Positions 62,561-64,000 of a DNA stretch of 64,000 nt are shown piece by piece. The translations under genes were made by a program, and so were the position numbers. This DNA is from Oligoflexia bacterium. Lineage in GTDB: Bacteria; Bdellovibrionota; UBA1018; CAIMNF01. Under the pieces are notes generated by a model. The model was given only the letters and a program-made list of their open reading frames with translations. It did not search any database and had not been told where the DNA came from. Numbering within the stretch: the stretch's first letter is position 1; every line of letters starts with the position of its first letter. The stretch spans positions 4,685 to 68,684 of the forward strand of contig CAIKYX010000261.1 in NCBI GenBank assembly GCA_903831745.1. Reading direction: 5' to 3'.

Positions 62561-64000
62561 TTAGAACGCGATTGCGCCCTTCATCTCAGGACAGCCATCT
62601 TTTGCAGGCGCATCGTACTCAATGTACTTTTGTCCATTTTCGGCAGTTTTTACTTCGTAAGGGATTTGATTATCCTTCAGGTGCTGAGCGACTTCGTCGA
62701 TACTCACCTTTTGAATCGGTTTGCCGCCTACGGTTTCACCAACAGCGTCGCTCGCCAGGGTAGGAGAAGTTTTTTCGATCTTTCCTGCCTCGTCGATAAT
62801 GAAAGCCGAGCGACCCCCTTTGGCGTTCTTGGTCTGAACCACAAAGCGATTGTCATTCGGTCCGTAACTGTAAACCTTCTCGACATTTTCGCCTTTTGGT
62901 ATTTTGATTTCCTGGTGATTGAGTTTTAGGGGATGAGGTTCTTTATCTGCGATATTGAGTTTACCGTCAGATGAACTGAACCAACCTTGCTCGAGTTCCT
63001 GGGCATCTTTAATTCCTTCGATATTTGGAACGTTCGCTTTATTTGGTTTTCCCTTTAAATCACGTTCGATTCGATTGAACGCGGTTTCTTGAGAGTTTTT
63101 GAATCCTTCCGGAAGTTTGTTGATCTCGAGTGTCTTTACTCCGTTCACATCACGGAAGCTATTCTCGTCGACCATAAAATCAGCAATTCTTTGCTGATAG
63201 CTCGCATTGGTCGCAGGGTCGATTCCGTTAGCTTCGAGTCTGAGTTTCTCAGCTCGAATCTTATCGGCAATCGCTTTTTTCTCGGCCAATTGAGCTTCGG
63301 TTTGGGTACCCCATTTAATCAGACCATCATTCTTAAGGGCATTCCCAATTCCCTTGGCACCGGTTGCACTCGATTTTAGTAATATTTTATCAGGTGCTTC
63401 GAATACAGCCTGACTGACGCCGCCAACCACTTTGACGGTTACTTTTGTAGTACCGACGAGGAGTGCGCCTGGAGTCAGGCCCTTCGGATCGAGTAACCAC
63501 GTATGAATGATCGATCCATGTTTGGTTGCAATCCAATCAGCATAGGCCATCGACATGCGTGTGCTGAGCCTGCCACTTACGGCAATTCCGTGGGCTACTA
63601 TCTTCTTCGTACCTTTGGCGACACCGGTTCCTAAACGTTCATCAAGCCAAAGCGCGCCGACACTGACGTGCTTAAGTGTTCCCATGGTCACTTTGCCCAT
63701 CAGGTACATCATCATCCAGTCTTTTCCGACCTGACTTACGGCCTGACAAAAAGCTGCGAACTTATCTTTACATTTAGAGCAAAACCAAACGTCCCAATCG
63801 TGTTTGAATTCCTGATAACCGGTCGCGAATTCTAATAACCTACCAGTCCAACTCTTTTCGAAATCACTTTCATTCTTTAAATCTTTGTCACTTGCATTAC
63901 TCAGTCCGTGGGCCTGAACGCTAGTGGTTTTATCCATAATGGCGTTCTTTCGATAAAATTTTTCGACGGTGTTTTCCCAAACCGCGTTTCCGACAGCCCG
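62561..64000 (-). CDS. large hypothetical protein, C-terminal part (5' end outside the window)
   Basis: The frame of the 62561-63937 ORF stays open to the window edge (RAVGNAVWENTVEKFYRKNAI-MDKTT). No DnaA motifs. Confidence 0.8.
   Translation of the reverse strand, partial: RAVGNAVWENTVEKFYRKNAIMDKTTSVQAHGLSNASDKDLKNESDFEKSWTGRLLEFATGYQEFKHDWDVWFCSKCKDKFAAFCQAVSQVGKDWMMMYLMGKVTMGTLKHVSVGALWLDERLGTGVAKGTKKIVAHGIAVSGRLSTRMSMAYADWIATKHGSIIHTWLLDPKGLTPGALLVGTTKVTVKVVGGVSQAVFEAPDKILLKSSATGAKGIGNALKNDGLIKWGTQTEAQLAEKKAIADKIRAEKLRLEANGIDPATNASYQQRIADFMVDENSFRDVNGVKTLEINKLPEGFKNSQETAFNRIERDLKGKPNKANVPNIEGIKDAQELEQGWFSSSDGKLNIADKEPHPLKLNHQEIKIPKGENVEKVYSYGPNDNRFVVQTKNAKGGRSAFIIDEAGKIEKTSPTLASDAVGETVGGKPIQKVSIDEVAQHLKDNQIPYEVKTAENGQKYIEYDAPAKDGCPEMKGAIAF

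Noticed and set aside
62561-64000. ORF upstream of oriC as a divergent dnaA
   Set aside because: No Walker A/B, sensor or domain IV (RDHTTV-like) motifs in the visible C-terminal 479 aa.

Overview
Origin-proximal chromosomal segment of a Gram-negative bacterium. The gene order dnaN-recF-gyrB-gyrA-TPR-atpZ/I-atpB-atpE, an Spt-like enzyme and many secreted orphans suggest Bdellovibrionota (inference). Contents: murA (partial), lpxC with a consensus sigma54 promoter, queF, fumC, an spt-ruvCAB operon, a complete 14-gene nuoA-N operon, mfd-PPIase-surA-pdxA-pgm-uvrA, the F0 a/c genes, gyrB-fabH-gyrA, recF, dnaN, and an oriC (DnaA boxes, DnaA-trios, AT-rich DUE) flanked by a large orphan ORF instead of dnaA. 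Main finding: directly upstream of the canonical nuo operon, on the same strand, is a second 10-gene cluster in complex I order (A-B-D-H-I-J-K-L-M-N, 32674-39218). Its ORFs are intact and overlap one another, and all Fe-S cysteines of the B- and I-like proteins are kept. By manual alignment, the quinone-binding His/Tyr and the proton-pumping Glu/Lys residues appear lost and the membrane subunits are shrunken. Second finding: an unannotated structured locus of about 320 nt (50962-51279) encodes a 54-aa basic/hydrophobic peptide with a stem-occluded SD and 5'-3' long-range pairing, resembling a type I toxin mRNA. No rRNA, tRNA, CRISPR array or transposase was recognised. All alignments were made by eye; no searches were run.
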